DNA of 64,000 nucleotides from Neovahlkampfia damariscottae (GCA_016618085.1 JABLTG010000012.1:124001-188000); one strand, 5' to 3'; shown: positions 1 through 14,994, numbered from the stretch's first letter. Made by a program: numbers and translations. The notes: generated by a model not told the origin, from the letters alone.

Positions 1-157
1 AATAATTATAGTGTATTTCTGAAAGTAATTTTGGATGAGTTTCCAAGCATCCACAAGACCATTTTATAGGATCTAATGTTAAATTATAATCATCTTCTAA
101 AGTTGTCCCAAGTCCACCATCTAAAAGTATTGTTTCTTGTTCTTTTGGAAATTGCAT
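1..157 (-). CDS. Homocysteine S-methyltransferase family, N-terminal part (runs off the window)
   Basis: Manual translation from ATG 157: MQFPKEQETILLDGGLGTTLEDDYNLTLDPIKWSCGCLETHPKLLSEIHYNY. Contains LDGGxGTxLE and a WS...P..l..iH pattern typical of the family. Confidence 0.75.
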   Translation of the reverse strand, partial: MQFPKEQETILLDGGLGTTLEDDYNLTLDPIKWSCGCLETHPKLLSEIHYNY

Positions 158-218
158 CGGAATATCTTTTGACCAATAAAATCAATTCAAACTTTCTATT
201 GAAGTTAAATACAAAACT

Positions 219-701
219 TTATTCGAAAGTTCTCTGAAAAATATTCTCAAAACAAAATTTCATTTTTTTGTTGTCACATTTCTTAACATCTTCTGCAATT
301 TTACAATTCTCTAAACATGAAACAAATGTATCAATTTCATTTCTACAATCATTTCTATTCATTTTTGAATTTACTTTTTTCACTCGTTTTTCATACATCA
401 TATCAAAATACTTCTTTTCAATAGGAAATATAAACATTGGTTTATCAATTGTTCTTCTGTGAAATAATCGAGTTGAACAATGAAAATAATCATTAAATTC
501 ATTTTCACAATATTTTTTTCCATTCTTTTCCCAACATTGATCCAATAATTTTTTTACTTTCAAACAGTGAATCATTTCTTTTCTCATTATTAAATTTTCT
601 TTTTCAATAAATTCTTTAAGCTCAGGTTCTATTAATTTTTTCCAATCCTCTGAACTATCCTTCCACGTCAGATATTTACCTTCTTTCTTTTCTTCACTCA
701 T
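219..701 (-). CDS. Small Cys-rich protein with CX9C-like motifs (CHCH-type, possibly mitochondrial intermembrane space)
   Basis: ORF 219-710, first ATG at 701. CLKVKKLLDQC, CENEFNDYFHC and CRNEIDTFVSC are CX9C spacings. Confidence 0.5.
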   Translation of the reverse strand: MSEEKKEGKYLTWKDSSEDWKKLIEPELKEFIEKENLIMRKEMIHCLKVKKLLDQCWEKNGKKYCENEFNDYFHCSTRLFHRRTIDKPMFIFPIEKKYFDMMYEKRVKKVNSKMNRNDCRNEIDTFVSCLENCKIAEDVKKCDNKKMKFCFENIFQRTFE

Positions 702-789
702 CCTCTTCAAAATTTATTGGGTTGTGATAAGAAATTGATTGGTTGAAAATTATTTTATTATTAAATATTTTGTGTCTGCGTTTACCGAG

Positions 790-3700
790 TTATTCTTTAA
801 AATTTGGTAAAAATTTAACATTTTGATAAATCAATTCACCAATATTATGTGAATAGGTTGACAAAACTTCATTATCATAACAAGATTCTTTTGCAATGAA
901 TTGCAATGAGTACTGATAGACAACATAGTTTTCATCTTCAGGTTTCAATGATTCAACTAATTTTGTAATAGAATCTTTCATTGCCATTGCTTCATTTTCA
1001 TTAATTTGTTGATTTGTTGACCAAGAATAGAATTTCACAACTAAAAATGTACCTAACAATTTACAAAAGATTTGGAATTCTTTGGAGTGATTGGTTGAGA
1101 AATAACCCCATAATTTCCCAATAAAACCTTCTCTTTCACCTGATTTGTCTAAACATAAATTGATGAAATTGATAATTCCGACATACTAAAAGTTTAAATG
1201 AAATGGAATCATAACTTACTTCATGTTTTTGTGTATAATTCAACTTTGAAAAAATATGCATGTATAACATCCAAAGGGGCAGAACAACTGACTCTTCATC
1301 ATGTTTGATGTTCAATTTAAGTAAATTTGAAGCGATTTCAGATTCCAATTTCTCCAAAGGTACTTTTTCATCATACAATTGTTTACTTTTTGCGTGATAT
1401 TAGAAAAATGAAATAATTTACTAATAAGCATAAAGAACTAATCCATGACCGTTTTCTAAACAACTTTGTAAAAAGTCTTTTATTGATGTTTCTGGTGAGA
1501 CGAATTCCTTAAACACAATATCCCAATCTTTTGATTCTTTGAAATGAGAGAACATGATCAATTCAACAACTGAAGCTAATTTATCAACTGAAGGAATACT
1601 AAAAAAAAGGTAAAAAAAAACAAATATCAAATCTTACACATATTGAGATGAATTCATCAAAGGTACAAATAGTTTAGGATTTTGTGATATCAAATCTTGT
1701 AATTTTGTTATCATTTTTTCAAAAATGGATGATGAAAAATTGTAAATTTTGAAGATTTCCTTTAATATTAAAGTGGAAATCTTTTCATTTTTTTGACATT
1801 TTAAAAACATTGATAAAATCTTATCAAAATAGCTCAAATACTTTTTTTCACTTTCTTGAATTGGAGTTACAGATTGTCTTTTTTGTATTTGTTTATTCAT
1901 TTCTGACATTGAAATAACATTGAATACCAATTGAATAAAATACAAAACCTTTTCAAGATTTGATTCAGTTATTACTTTTGGTAACATATCAAAGATTGAT
2001 TCAATAGTGATGAATTTAATATCACCTTTTAAATCTTGTGATGATTTAACATAAGTTTCTTCTACTGTTTGAATTACAGTAATGAAATCATCATTATTCA
2101 TTTCATCCCAATAAATTGAACTCAAAACTTTCTTTAATTTTTCAATAGGATTTTTAACATTTGATTTTTTGTGTAATAATTTAAAAGTAATTTGAGACAA
2201 AGTTAAAAAGAATTCTCTTTTGAATTTTTCATCATCATTTGAATTTTCAATTGTCTTCCAAGGAATAATTAAAAACAGATTCCACATGAATGTATCTGAT
2301 TCTCCTTTTGAATTTTTTAAAATTTTGAACATCACTTGCATCTGAGGGACTGTAATGAAAAATGATTTCCAATCGATTCTCAGTAGAAATCTATGATAAA
2401 CATCTAAAATTTGAAATGGTGATGTTTTAGTCAATCGAATATACAAGTCCCAAGTTAACTCTTGAATATCTGTTTTCATTGACTGTAAGTGAACTAATAC
2501 ATCCATTAATGAATTAACAACAAAAGAAGCGTCACTTAATTCTGTAGAAGAAGACCATGGTAAAACAAATGTATTTTCAATTTTATCATTTTCATAAAAT
2601 TCATTGGATGCCATTGTAAAGATCCAAGGTTCAAGTCCCATTGAAACTCCTCCCCAAACAGCATCTAAATCTTTTTGACTCAATGAAGATCCTTTTACAA
2701 TTCCAACAAGAGCCTTCAGATAATCAGGACAACATTTATACAATGTAGTATTTTTCTTCTTCCTTAATTTCCACAATTCATCTTTGGTTGTGAGCATTGT
2801 GGTAAGATAAATCTCAGGAGTCAATTTTTCATATGGCAAATGTACTAAATCTTTGACTACATCAGGTGGAATGGTGCTATCAACAACACCATTGATAATA
2901 AAATGATATGAATATTCAAATAATTCTGGAAAATTATACTCAATCAATTTGTTAAAGTACTTAATGTACAAATGATAAATTTCCATTTCTGCATCTGACA
3001 ATTTCTTTCCATTTGATAAATCATAATAATATTGAACAATAACCATAAAACAATGATCAATCAAATTTTTACGATCTTCCAAAGAAGGAAAAGATGGAAA
3101 CCAATCTGAAATAATAATACGCTTATACAAAGGAAGAATCACTTCTGCAGTGAATTTCTTTTTCATTGCATAAATGTTTTCAAAAATGCGAACCATCAAT
3201 TGAGGGCACATTGCAGGATTAAAATATTGATTGAGTAACTTAATTCTTGTATGTTTTTCTAACATTAATGTCAACACATTAAAAGTTTCTTCTGAATTGT
3301 ACAAAACAAATTTGTTTCCTAAAACTTGAAGCAATGAATTCAATGAGATTTTGATCGGTGGAAATTCTTTAATTGCGTTGTTATAATAAGTTGCAATTGC
3401 ATAAAACCAAGCAGTTCCAAGTTTAACATCATTTTTTTGAACAATTTCAATGATAACTAATTCCAAATATTTTAAATAGTTTTTCAATTCATCCATGATG
3501 TAATTTTGTTCAAATAAATTTTTTGCAATGCTCCTATTGACAGAAATGGATTGTTTAACTCCTTGATTCTCAACTTTAGTTGGTGCATTGAATTGAACTT
3601 TAACGGGATCAGCACAAAATGGACCACGAATACAACTCAATTCCAACTCTTGAAGAATTTCTTTGTTTTCATAGAGCAAAGGAATTAATTTAATATATTC

Positions 3701-6700
3701 ATTATCAATTTCAATCAATTTGTTTAATGATTCAGTTAATAATTTTCCATTCTTCAAAATAACATCAATATTAAACTAAATAAAGTTAATGAATAAAAAT
3801 AAATACATTATCAATAGAAAGAGAATTAATTTGATAATTTTCCAAAATTTGATTTGTCATTGTTGGTTTCAATTTTTTGATTTCATCTTGTGGTACATAT
3901 GAAACTCTGACAACTGGTTTTTTTCTTTCAATTTTTTTCTTTGTAATTGATTTCAAATAAAGAGAAGGATATATATTTGAAAGTAAAACATAATCATGTT
4001 GATTATGCTCTTTTTTAATAATTAATTCTGAATTTTCATTGAATAATGGTTTTTCAATACAACCAATGAGATAATCACTACAATAGTATTCAGGTAATTC
4101 ATTGATTTTCTTCAAGAATGAATTACAATTTTTTTCAGTATGTTTCACCCATAAATTCATTGCATAATATATTTTATCATAAACTTCATATTTTTTGTCA
4201 TCTTCTCCAAGTTTTTTATAGAATGATGACAAATCTGTTAACCTATCAATTAATTGACCAAAAATTGAATCTCTTGGAGTGATATCTAAAAAGAATGATC
4301 CAAAATTATCAATAGAATCTTTGGTTTTTTTTGATTCAAAGTATAAATCAAAAAATAATTTCCAAAAATTTAAAATAAAGGAATGATCACTTTCAATTGT
4401 CATGTCATAAGTCAATTCAAAACAATGAGCTAAGATTCTATAAATAACAAACACATATCCTTTCTTGGAAGCTGCTTTTTCAAAAGGATATTTTTTGTTT
4501 GACATATCTTCAATAATTCCTAAACGTTTGTATTTTTCTTCTTTTGCAAGTCCTAAAAAGTACAAGAATGAAATATAATGATTTTCGTTTGGTTTTATAG
4601 GTTTAGAGAAATATGCTCCTTCAAAAAGTGACATTGTTTCAACTTTCGATTTCATTGTCATGAATGAAAAGAATGAGGTTTTTCCATAAGAAAAAGTCTT
4701 CAATTCATCAAGACCTTGTAAGAATTTTGAAATGTCTTCATGGATATTCAATGAAAGACATATATTACAAATTTCATTGATTCCATACCAACTTCTTGGA
4801 TCTTGACTCCAATTAGGAACATTTAGAAATTCATCAATCCAAAAAATAACCAGTCTACTGATTGCAGTTTGATTGATTGAAACTGAAGCAAATGTGTCTA
4901 TTACATGTAAAATAGATTGGCAAAGTTGCAAAGTTTTTTCACCAATGACTTTTTTAACATTGACAATTCTTCCAATTGTATTTCCTACAAGTGTTTCATC
5001 TGTATCTGTTTCAATGATGGCTTCAATCCAAGGTTGGAAATTAAATTTACCAAAATTCAAAACAAATTGTTTTCTGATACTAAGATCACTTAATAATCTC
5101 ATTGCAGGTTGATAATGTTTCCAATAAATCATCAATTCCAACCATCTTCTTCCAATTTCATCAAATTGATCAATTCTTGAACCAACTTCACTGATTGAAA
5201 ACAAAAGAAATGCACTTAAAGAATCAAATTCTAATGAGCTTTGTCCCTCAGTTTGTAATACGTTTTTTGTTAATGTTGCTAAATCAGGGTGATTGATTTC
5301 CAAAGGTATTAAGTACGGAATTCCTTCATCATTGTAAAAGTTCAATTTCAAAACAATTTTCCACATCCATTGAGTGAACATGACACTTGTTTTTGACCAA
5401 TATCCTTTTGAGTTTTTCCTGTGATGATTTAAACAATCAACTAAAGCTAAAACTAAAGTCCTTTGCATTTGTGGTTTGGTGTTCCATAATTTTACTTTTG
5501 TTTCTTCATGCCAAACCAGATTATCTACTATAAACTGACCTAATTTGCATTCAATTGAATCAAGTGGTTTGATAAGTAATTTACTAAAAATTTTGATTTC
5601 ATTTTTTGTATATGAAAGTTTAGCAATTGGAATTTGTTTATAAAATGAAATTACTGAATGTTCAATAATTGGAAAATGTTCCAATGTTAATGGTAATACT
5701 ACTTTAATCTTTCAAAGAGTTAATATCAATCAAAATCATACAGAGCAAGGAAATTTCTCACAAATATCAACAATGGCATAAGAGCCATCTCTGGAGAATT
5801 GATCTCTTGTACATTCATTAATTTGTGACATTAAGAAGAGTTCATAAACAATCAACCATGCTAAATTTGGTGAACTATTGCAAGCAATATTCTTTAAAGT
5901 ATGAATCAAATATGATGATTTCGCTCCAATATTCATTAAATTTGTAAAGAATTCCCTATGATGAGTGTCTTTCTTATTGAATGCGATCCATTCTTCAAGT
6001 GAACAAAATGCAGAAATATTATGTTGATCAGTGAAAATTGTTAAAAACAAAAGTGAAGCTGTAAAGTTAGAAATTGAGTCATATGGAAAATCTGGCAAGA
6101 ATCCCCACAATCCAAGTTCTTGAAAATCTGTAGCTGATTTATAAATACTCAAAAATGCTTTGATGAAAAAAGTATTGTATAATTTATGAATATTTGGATG
6201 ATGATATGAGGATTTAACGGCGTTATTAACAATTTGAATAATTCTGACAATAGATTGACCTATTTCCCTTGCGAATTGAACATGAGATGGAATATTAAAT
6301 ATTGCTAATGATTTCTGTAAAATATAAATAATAGTTTCCATTGCATCAAATGACACTTTCCAGTCATAAAATCTTGAATTCTAAATAGATGTTAATTCAA
6401 AGAATAGTGTTACTCTTATCTCCTTTGAATCTTTGAACAAATAATTGACAAATTGGATAATTGGAAATTGAGACCAAAGTGACTGATAATCTTCTTCTGT
6501 TAAAATATAATCCTTTTTATCATTTTCACTGTTAAAATAAATTGGTGTCAAAAACACAGAAAGAACTGCAATAAAAAAATCAATATCATTATCATTTCTA
6601 AAAATAGAATTAGAAAAAATTAATTGATTCTTACTGAACAGATGATAATTGAATGATGTTGTTACCCCATTCACCAATAAATCTACATCTAATCAATTCA

Positions 6701-7880
6701 AAAATAACAAATCTGGTGTCATCAATATCAGCAACTTTAACTAAAAAACCACACATTTGTATTATCCATGTTCTCACATCATTTCGAAAATCTTTTAATC
6801 CATCAACAGATAAATATTCATTGTCCATAATTTCAACTGACGTTGTTAACATATTGTGAGTTTTTTGTTCAAATTGAAATAAAATACTAAGACAGTTCTT
6901 CAAATCTTCAATTTTTTCTCTTTTTTCAATATCTTTATAAATCATATCCAAGTAGTAGTTTATACGAAAACGACATAACTCTACATCAAATTCTTGTTTA
7001 ATAATGTCCTAAAAGTTAAATATATAGTTTCTTTTACATGAAAATGTAATTCTCTTAATTCTTCAAAAAGTGTACTTAATTTTTCGACATATGGAATTTC
7101 AATTTGTGATATAACAGTTGTTACATTACCTGAACAAGGAACTTCATCACCACATAACGCCTCTTGACTAAAAAAAGTTAAAAAAAAAAAGTTTAACCTT
7201 GTTGTCACCACAGATGCTTCTTGATAAATATTATAAGACTGAGATTCAATTGAATCTTTTAAACTCTTAAAACTTTAAAAACAAAAATTCCAAACTTTCA
7301 TTTTTTCACGTGATTGAAATAATTTTGAATGTGCATGATACAAGTTAAAAGTCAAAGTATAAAAATGATTATCATAATCAATTTGTCTCTTTTAAAAATA
7401 TTAATAAAACTAATGTCAAACATTTCCAAATCTTTTCAAAATATCATCTTCATTCAATAAAAATATATTCATATAACTAGGTTTGGTTTGTTTGATTGAT
7501 TCAATATCTATGTCTTCTTTTTCACCCATTTGTTTTTCAAGTTCTTTTGAATATGGATTTATCTCTTGTTGCTTTAAATCCTCAATATTCTTGACTCTAT
7601 TTGAAAACCTTCTTTCATTGAGTTTTTTTATATTTGAGAGGTCTTCTGAAGCATCAAAAACTTCAACTGGTATAATATCATCTGTTTTTGGATATTGTAT
7701 TTCAGGCTCTTCTTGTTTTGTTTTTTTATACTTTTCAACGTTTTCTTGAATGATTTTTTGGTCATTTTTTTCTTCTTCGATGTCCTTTTCTAATTCTGCA
7801 AAATTTAATTTAATTTTTGATGTTATGTCATCATTTTGGTTCTCTTTTTCAGACTCCTTCTTTTTGGGTAAACTGGTCAT
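790..7880 (-). CDS. EPG5: Ectopic P-granules protein 5 (autophagy tether), multi-exon
   Basis: Chain of minus-strand ORFs joined by ~30-40-nt GT-AG introns (e.g. 6381-6413, 6598-6634). Motifs FVIFELIRCRFIGEWGNNIIQ and GLWGFLPDFPYDSIS, and a large helical protein of >2000 aa. ATG 7880 with CCAAT at 7915-7919. Confidence 0.75.
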
Positions 7881-8080
7881 CAAGAAGAAAACTGAAGTTT
7901 CTTTTTTTATTGTGATTGGTGGAAAATTAATCTTAGAAGATCCAAATTGAATTTTGGAAATAATTGCATAAAGTAATCAGTATTTTCAAATATTTGAAAT
8001 AGGAGTTTTTATTATTTGACAAATGATTTTTTTTAACTTAATTCACCAATAGTGGCTGGTCGAGATTTTCAACGAAAACT

Positions 8081-9904
8081 ATGTGGAGGTTAAGTAAGAA
8101 ACATTTGAAATGAACTTCAAAATTAGGAATACCATTCAAGAAATCAATTAAACATTCAAACTATTCATTGAAAACATTAAAAAAATATCCAAAAACAAAT
8201 TTCTTTATTGGAAGCTCTTTGGTAGGTTTATCATTAATTTTGAGTAATCCACCTGATTTTTTACTTGGTTTTAATCATTATGTAAAATCATCATTTGCTG
8301 TTTTTTTGATTGTTTTGGACTACAAATTATCATTAACTTTTTGTGATGAAAAAGAGAAAGATAAAATACTCTCAAAAATTCACACTAGATCAGCTGAACG
8401 ATTACTCAAATTATTTTTAGTTAATAAAGGTATCTTTATTAAAGTTGGACAACATATTGCTGCATTAAACAACATCATACCACCTGAATATACAGAAGTA
8501 ATGAAAAAGTGTCAGGATCACGCTGAATGTGATAATTTTTCAAATATCAAAAGTTTTATTGAAAAAGAACTTGGAGATAAAATAGAAAATGTCTTTTATG
8601 ATTTTTCCGAAAAACCGATTGCTGCTGCAAGTATTGCTCAAGGTTTTTTTTAAATTTTTTTTTCACTAAAAATTTTCAAGTTCACTTGGCAAAATTGAAA
8701 GAAACTGATGAACAAGTAGTTGTAAAGGTTCAATACCCACAATTAGAGACCTCTCTTTCTTCAGATATCGCTACATTAGATTTTTTAATTTCAACAATAG
8801 AAAAAATCTTTCCAGAGGTTCATTTGTATTGGTTAGTGAAAGAAATTAAGTTAGATTTACCTTATGAATTAGATTTTATCAATGAAGCTAACAATTCCGA
8901 AAAATTGAAGAAACACTTCCAAAAAAGAGATGATATTTCAACACCACAAATTTATTGGAATTATACAACAAGAAGAATTTTGACAATGGAATTTGTTGAA
9001 GGATTTAAGTTGAATGATCATGATAATTTGAAAAAACATGATTTTAATTTAAAAAATCTTTCCAAAATCGTTTCAGAAGTTTTTGCACAACAAATATTTA
9101 TTGACGGGTAATTTTTAATTTTTATGTAATTTTAATGTTATAGATGGATTCATTGTGATCCTCATCAAGTAATTTAAATTTTTTTTTACCTTTATTTAAG
9201 GGTTTTTTATTGTAAATTATTCACATCATTTTTGAAGGAAATATTTTGGCAAGAAAAAAGAATGGAAAAGAGCAAATTGTTGTATTAGATCATGGATTAT
9301 ATCAAAGGTTATCATCTGATTTCATGTATCTCCAAATTCAAAATTTTAACAAAAACTTTATATAGATTAGACTACTGTTATTTATGGAAAGGTCTTGTTT
9401 TAAAAGACAAAGATTTAATCAAGAAATACGTTATAAAACTTCTTGGAGATGAAAATGACACAGCATTATTCGCCACTATTTTAACATCTAGAATATGGAA
9501 AGAGTAAAAAAAAAACAAAATTATTTAACTAAAAAATCAAATCATTTAGAAAGGATATTGGAATGAATAATAAGTTATCTGAACAAGAACTAAAAGAATT
9601 GATGAGTTATGGTCAATCTAATTTCATTGACATTTTAAAAATCCTTTCAAAAGTTCCACAAAAAATGATACTTTTATTAAAGAGCAATGAATTATTAAGA
9701 TCAATTCAAATGGATTTAGGAATACCAGTCAACTATTATCTTATATTTGTCAAATATGCCATGAAAGGAATATATATTCAAGATTTAAAAATGAATTCAA
9801 GTTTCATAAAAAAAGTGAAGATCTTTCTTTATAATTTGTTTTTTGAATTTCAATTTTGGGTTTATATCAATTTTTTGAAACTTTTTGCAATAATTCAACA
9901 ATAA
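8081..9904 (+). CDS. ADCK1: ABC1/UbiB-family atypical kinase (ADCK1-like), multi-exon
   Basis: GIFIKVGQH, PIAAASIAQV, VVKVQYP, ELDFINEA, LTMEFVEG, HCDPHQGN and LDHGLY motifs after splicing. Confidence 0.9.
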
Positions 9905-9990
9905 ATTTTGTTTGATAATCAACCAATCAAATTTCTTTATTTTCTCAAACAAAAAAAAAGCGCCACAACTTGACCTTTCACAAAAAGAAA

Positions 9991-11214
9991 ATGGTTATTG
10001 AAGATGAAGAAAGAAGAATTTTATTCTATCAATTTTGTAAAAAATTATGTTATAAATCAAATGAAGAAAAGTGGCACGTGGAAGAATTAGCAACTATTTT
10101 TCAAAACCTTTATGATATGTTTACATTAATAAACTCAACTGATTTACCAAACTTTAAAATAATAGAAGCAAAAAAATACATGAACTCAGAAATCAAAGAT
10201 AATTTAAAAGAGTACCTAAACTCATTGAAAGAGTAAAGACAAACAAAAAAATTGATGTTTTTTTTTTAGTTATTTTGATATCATTTCATTTGAAGTTTCT
10301 GATATCTATGACTTTTTTCTCAATGAACAAAAGACTTTTTTGAATAATTTTAGTCCTATGAAATCAAGTTTCAATATAAACCCAATTCAAACAACTTGGA
10401 GTAATTTAATGTCACATTCAATTAATAATAACTTGGAATATATGATTTGTTCCATGACTACACTATATTATATCATAACCAATGAGTATTATACCATTGA
10501 AGGTTTCTGACAAAAAAATTAACATTATTTTCTCAGTTGCCGAAGAAGAAGATTCAAATTTAAACTTGATAGAAGATGATTTATTCAAAGAAGAAAAAAA
10601 AGAAAAATCAAATTTTTCAACAACTTTTTTTTCTTTCCTTAAAACCTTTATAAAAATTTCTACCTTCATTGGTATAAATATACTTGGGTTCTATAATTCA
10701 AAGAAGGAAAATGTATACTGGAATTTAAATTCAAACTTTTGGAGAAAATATTTCATCAATTCATTTGATTGGAAAAAGTTGTTAGTTTCAGGTGTATTGC
10801 CTTCCATCAGTTTTTGGTTTATTTATTCATACCTTTTTGGATCTTCGATCAACAAAAAAAAAATGAAACCAAATCCTATTTTGATAAAAACAAAAGAAAA
10901 TGAAGAAAAAAAAATTGAATTTGATGAGTTGAAAAATTCAATAGAAAGAAGTAAAGAAAGATATAAAAAAATCTAACAAAAAAGTCATACAAATTTTTAA
11001 GACGCATGAAAATAATATGAAATCAATTTTAAAAGATTTTAAGATATTGAATGAAAAACAAATGTTTTTGAATAATTCAACCCTTTTGATTATGAAAAGT
11101 AATAATGATGAACCAAATAGAAAATTATCAATGAGTCAATTTCAAGCATCACATAAAAAAGTATCGGAGACGTACACAGAATTGAGTAAGATTATAAAAA
11201 TACAATTTCAATAA
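9991..11214 (+). CDS. Hypothetical membrane protein, multi-exon
   Basis: ORFs 9970-10236, 10482-10976 and 11017-11214 linked by GT-AG introns (e.g. 10951-10984). Two hydrophobic segments. CCAAT at 9923. Confidence 0.5.
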
Positions 11215-11221
11215 ATAATCT

Positions 11222-14200
11222 TTATCTCTTTTCTTTAACAAAATATGTTAATAAAATTGCACTTAATGAAATGAAGAATATTGCAAAAATGACTAATGCA
11301 ATAATATCAAAATAAAATGCTTCTGGATTCATTGCAAATAAATCTAAAATGAATTTTCCAGGACCTGGGTATTCTCTTTGTCCAGGTGGGTCAATAATGA
11401 TTGACTTTCCAAGAAATTCATTAATAATCAAAGATTCAAATGAATAATTGAAAAATGACAAATAGAACATCCAATTTAAAAATGAAGGTAAAGACTTGAA
11501 ATGAATTAAAATTGAAATTCAAATTCTTACTCCTTTGTTAACTAAAAATCCACCAAATAATGATGAAACTAAAATGAATCCAATTGCAATTACATTTGCA
11601 GCAGCAACACTAATTGATATGTTTAATTTGAATCAATTTCTTCTTTACCTTGGTGCAATAGATGCAATAACTAAACATAATGAACCAGCAACAACATTAA
11701 AGAGAACTAAAATTAATAAAAACCAAAAGAAGTAATTCAAATCTTTTCTCAATCCAATCATGTAATAACATATTGAACCCATTATCAATGGAGGTATAAC
11801 TCTCAAAGGTATGATATCAAATACTATTTTACTAAAGAAATAAGCCATTGGTCTGTAATATCCATTCGCTTTTTCTCTTGTATAAAGTGTTCTTTCTGAG
11901 ACAAATAATTCTAATGATGACATGGCTGAAAATGCTAAAACTGAGCACAGGAAGAAAATTACACCAACTCTATTTTGAGAAGCAGCTATATTAATTCCTA
12001 ATTGCCAATAAATTCCACCAAGTAAAAGACCTAAAACAACAGCACTTCCAAAATGAGCAGGCATCAAATAAAAATTTCTAAGAAAATTGAAGAAAGTTCT
12101 TTTTGATAAAACAAGAAATTGTGAAAGGAATGATGTCGCAAAAGGTAAACTTAAATGTGAAGGTTTTGATAAAAGTGAAATCAATTCATCATCATTCTTT
12201 GGTTTTGAACTTGATCTTTGATAAGCACCTTTTTCATTTCCATATTCTTCATTAAATTTTTTTGCATGATTTTTATATTCTCTTACTAGGTCAACCTTTC
12301 TATCTTCAAAAGTCAAAATATCGATTAAATGATCTGCTGGGTTTGTGTTTGGTGGAAAATCATATCCTAAATTTTTGAAGTAATTAATTGATTCATCTGC
12401 AGATCCTGCATAGGCAATTGATCCAGCACTCATTAAAATAATATCATCAAATTGTGAAAAAATGTTTGATCTCGGTTGATGAATTGAAAAAATGATTGTT
12501 CTACCTTTTTTAGCTAATGAAACTAAACATTTAACAACAGAGTAAGCATTGTAAGAATCTAATCCAGAAGTTGGTTCATCTAAAAATAATACATGTGGTG
12601 AGATTACTAATTCCATTCCTAAGAGAATTAATTTTTTGGGGGCTTTTTCTTACCAATTGAAACACGACGTTTTTCCCCACCAGATATTCCACGACTGGAT
12701 TCGGTTCCAATGATTCTTTCTGAGATATGGGTAATACCTAAATCTTCCATTGTCTTTTTAACTCTATCTACTTTTTCTTGATGTGAAACACAACTTGGTA
12801 ATCTTAAATCTGCTGAAAACATCAAACATTCTCTGACAGACAAAGTTCCCATTAAAATATCATCTTGAAAAACATAACCTGTCATTCTTTGATATGAATT
12901 TGTTAAATCAGCCCTGAAAACAAGTTAAATTTGCTTAAAAATACCCATCAATTAAAATATCACCTGACACAGTTCCTTCTTTGTTACGTTTCGCAAGAAT
13001 GTCAAGTAATGTACTTTTTCCAGCTCCTGAAGGTCCCATAATAGCTAATAAAGAGCCAGCTTTCAATTTATGTGAAACATTTTTCAAGATTTTTTTCTTT
13101 ATCCAGTTTCCCTATTATTTGAGTGAATCAAATGAAAACCAACCTTTTCTTTAACCTTTAGTGTATAACAAATGTTATTAAATTCAAAACTAGAACCAAT
13201 TGCTTCTGGATCCCTTTTGGAAAAAAAATAAAAAAATATCTTTGAAGTTTACAATCCTTGCCATTCTTTTGTAGCTTTTGTTGTATAAAAACAATCAATA
13301 ATTATTGTTAATGAAACGACTACCAATAAAATAACAACTAAACCTGCAGCTATGGATGCACTGATGTAATACAAAAGAAAAGACTCTGATGGAACATCAT
13401 ATGATTTAATACTTTCAACACATTCAGAAGATGTACATTGAAGATCAATCAAACCAGGAAATTCAGCTTGTTCTACTGTGCAAACTCTTGTGGCATTATT
13501 ACAAACAACAGAAGCAGATGTTTTCATGCTAAAAAAAAAGGTTTAGACATTTAAATAACTTACTTTTCGATAATGAATCTCACATTTTCGTCATCACCTA
13601 AAGGAAAATTTTAAAATACATGTGAAAAAAAAGATACATCTGTCACCAGGTCCACAAATACATTTGGTATTCAAACAAACAGCTTTAACATCACCTCTTG
13701 GTAAAATTTGCATTGAACAATTTGTGAATCTACAATCAATTGTTTGAGCCAAATAACCTCGAGGAAAGTTTTTGGAATCATAAGCCCTATTTGAAAAAAA
13801 TGAGGAAATGAAAAAAAAAACCTACCATGCTTGGAAAGTACATGAACCTTTGTTATTATTTTCATATAAATCTCTGCATGACATTGACTTTTTTTTTTTA
13901 ATTTTTTTTTTTCTTACAGTTACATTACCCATAATCTCAATCATCAATTCATCAATGACACCACAAGTATAATATCTTTCAAGTTGAGGTACCCAACCTT
14001 GATCACAAACACCTGTTGCATTTGTTCCTGGTGGATGTGGTCCTTCACTTTCCCATCTTCTTAAACAAGCTGAATCTGAGTTACACTGAGCACAAGCCAT
14101 TCCTTTTTGAAATTAAAAAATGAAAGCTAATACCTTCCCATCCATATCCACATTCACATTGATTCATATCGTTTGGCCCTGTACCTTGTTGGCAAGCTAA

Positions 14201-14462
14201 AAAAAAAAGTCGTAAAAAAAATTTGATTTTTTACAAGGAATTGTACAATTATAAATACCAAGAGATGGATCATTTTTAAATCGGTAATTACAAATGCAGT
14301 GACCTTTTCATTTTTTTTTAATTTTTTTTTTCTTGTAAAAGTACCTGAAGTTTGATTACAATATGAGCCATTTGTGCAATCAGGACAACTTTTGGTATTT
14401 GCAGCTCCATATGAAAAAATTGAAAAAAGAGTTAGAAACAGTATCACTAGTAGAAACTTCAT
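11222..14462 (-). CDS. ABCG half-transporter with N-terminal signal peptide and Cys-rich/EGF-like region (yeast ADP1-like)
   Basis: Walker A GPSGAGKST, signature ISGGEKRRVSIG, LFLDEPTSGLDS, IHQPR and a C-terminal ABC2 membrane domain. Cys-rich extracellular N-terminus. Confidence 0.9.
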
Positions 14463-14546
14463 TCTTCAATCAACAAACTGTTGTCCAATAAAATCAAAAA
14501 TAATCCTAGAAGGTTCAATTTACAAAATTTTTTATTTTTTTATCAT

Positions 14547-14994
14547 TTATTGATTATTTTGAAAAAAACCATATAAAATGACAGAATTTGTGATTACCTT
14601 TGAAAAAAATTTAAAAAAAAAGTTCAAACTGAAAAAAGTAAAACAAAACCGATTAAAATTGATTTTCTGTGAGTGGCAAAATACCTGTTGATGAAATTCT
14701 TTTCCTGTAGAGACTCAACAAAATTTGTTTCTTCTTGTATTTTATCTTTAGCATCCAAACTATGAAAATCGTTTTCAACAAATGCTTTTTTAATGATTAA
14801 ATCTTCTTTTTCTGCTTCTAATTTCTTTTTTTGCTCCATTAATTTTGTTAATTCTTTTTTTTTTTCTTCTGGTAAACTTTCAAAACTTTTTTCCAATTTT
14901 GAGAACTAAAAAGTGCTTTTGTCAAAGAAAAGGAACGCCATACTTCTTTCGATATATTCTTCGTGTTAAACCTAAAGACACTTCTCTTCAACAT
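14547..14994 (-). CDS. Small hypothetical protein with presequence-like N-terminus, coiled coil and C-terminal TM
   Basis: MLKRSVFRFNTKNISKE spliced into ORF 14624-14896. Two GT-AG introns. Confidence 0.45.
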
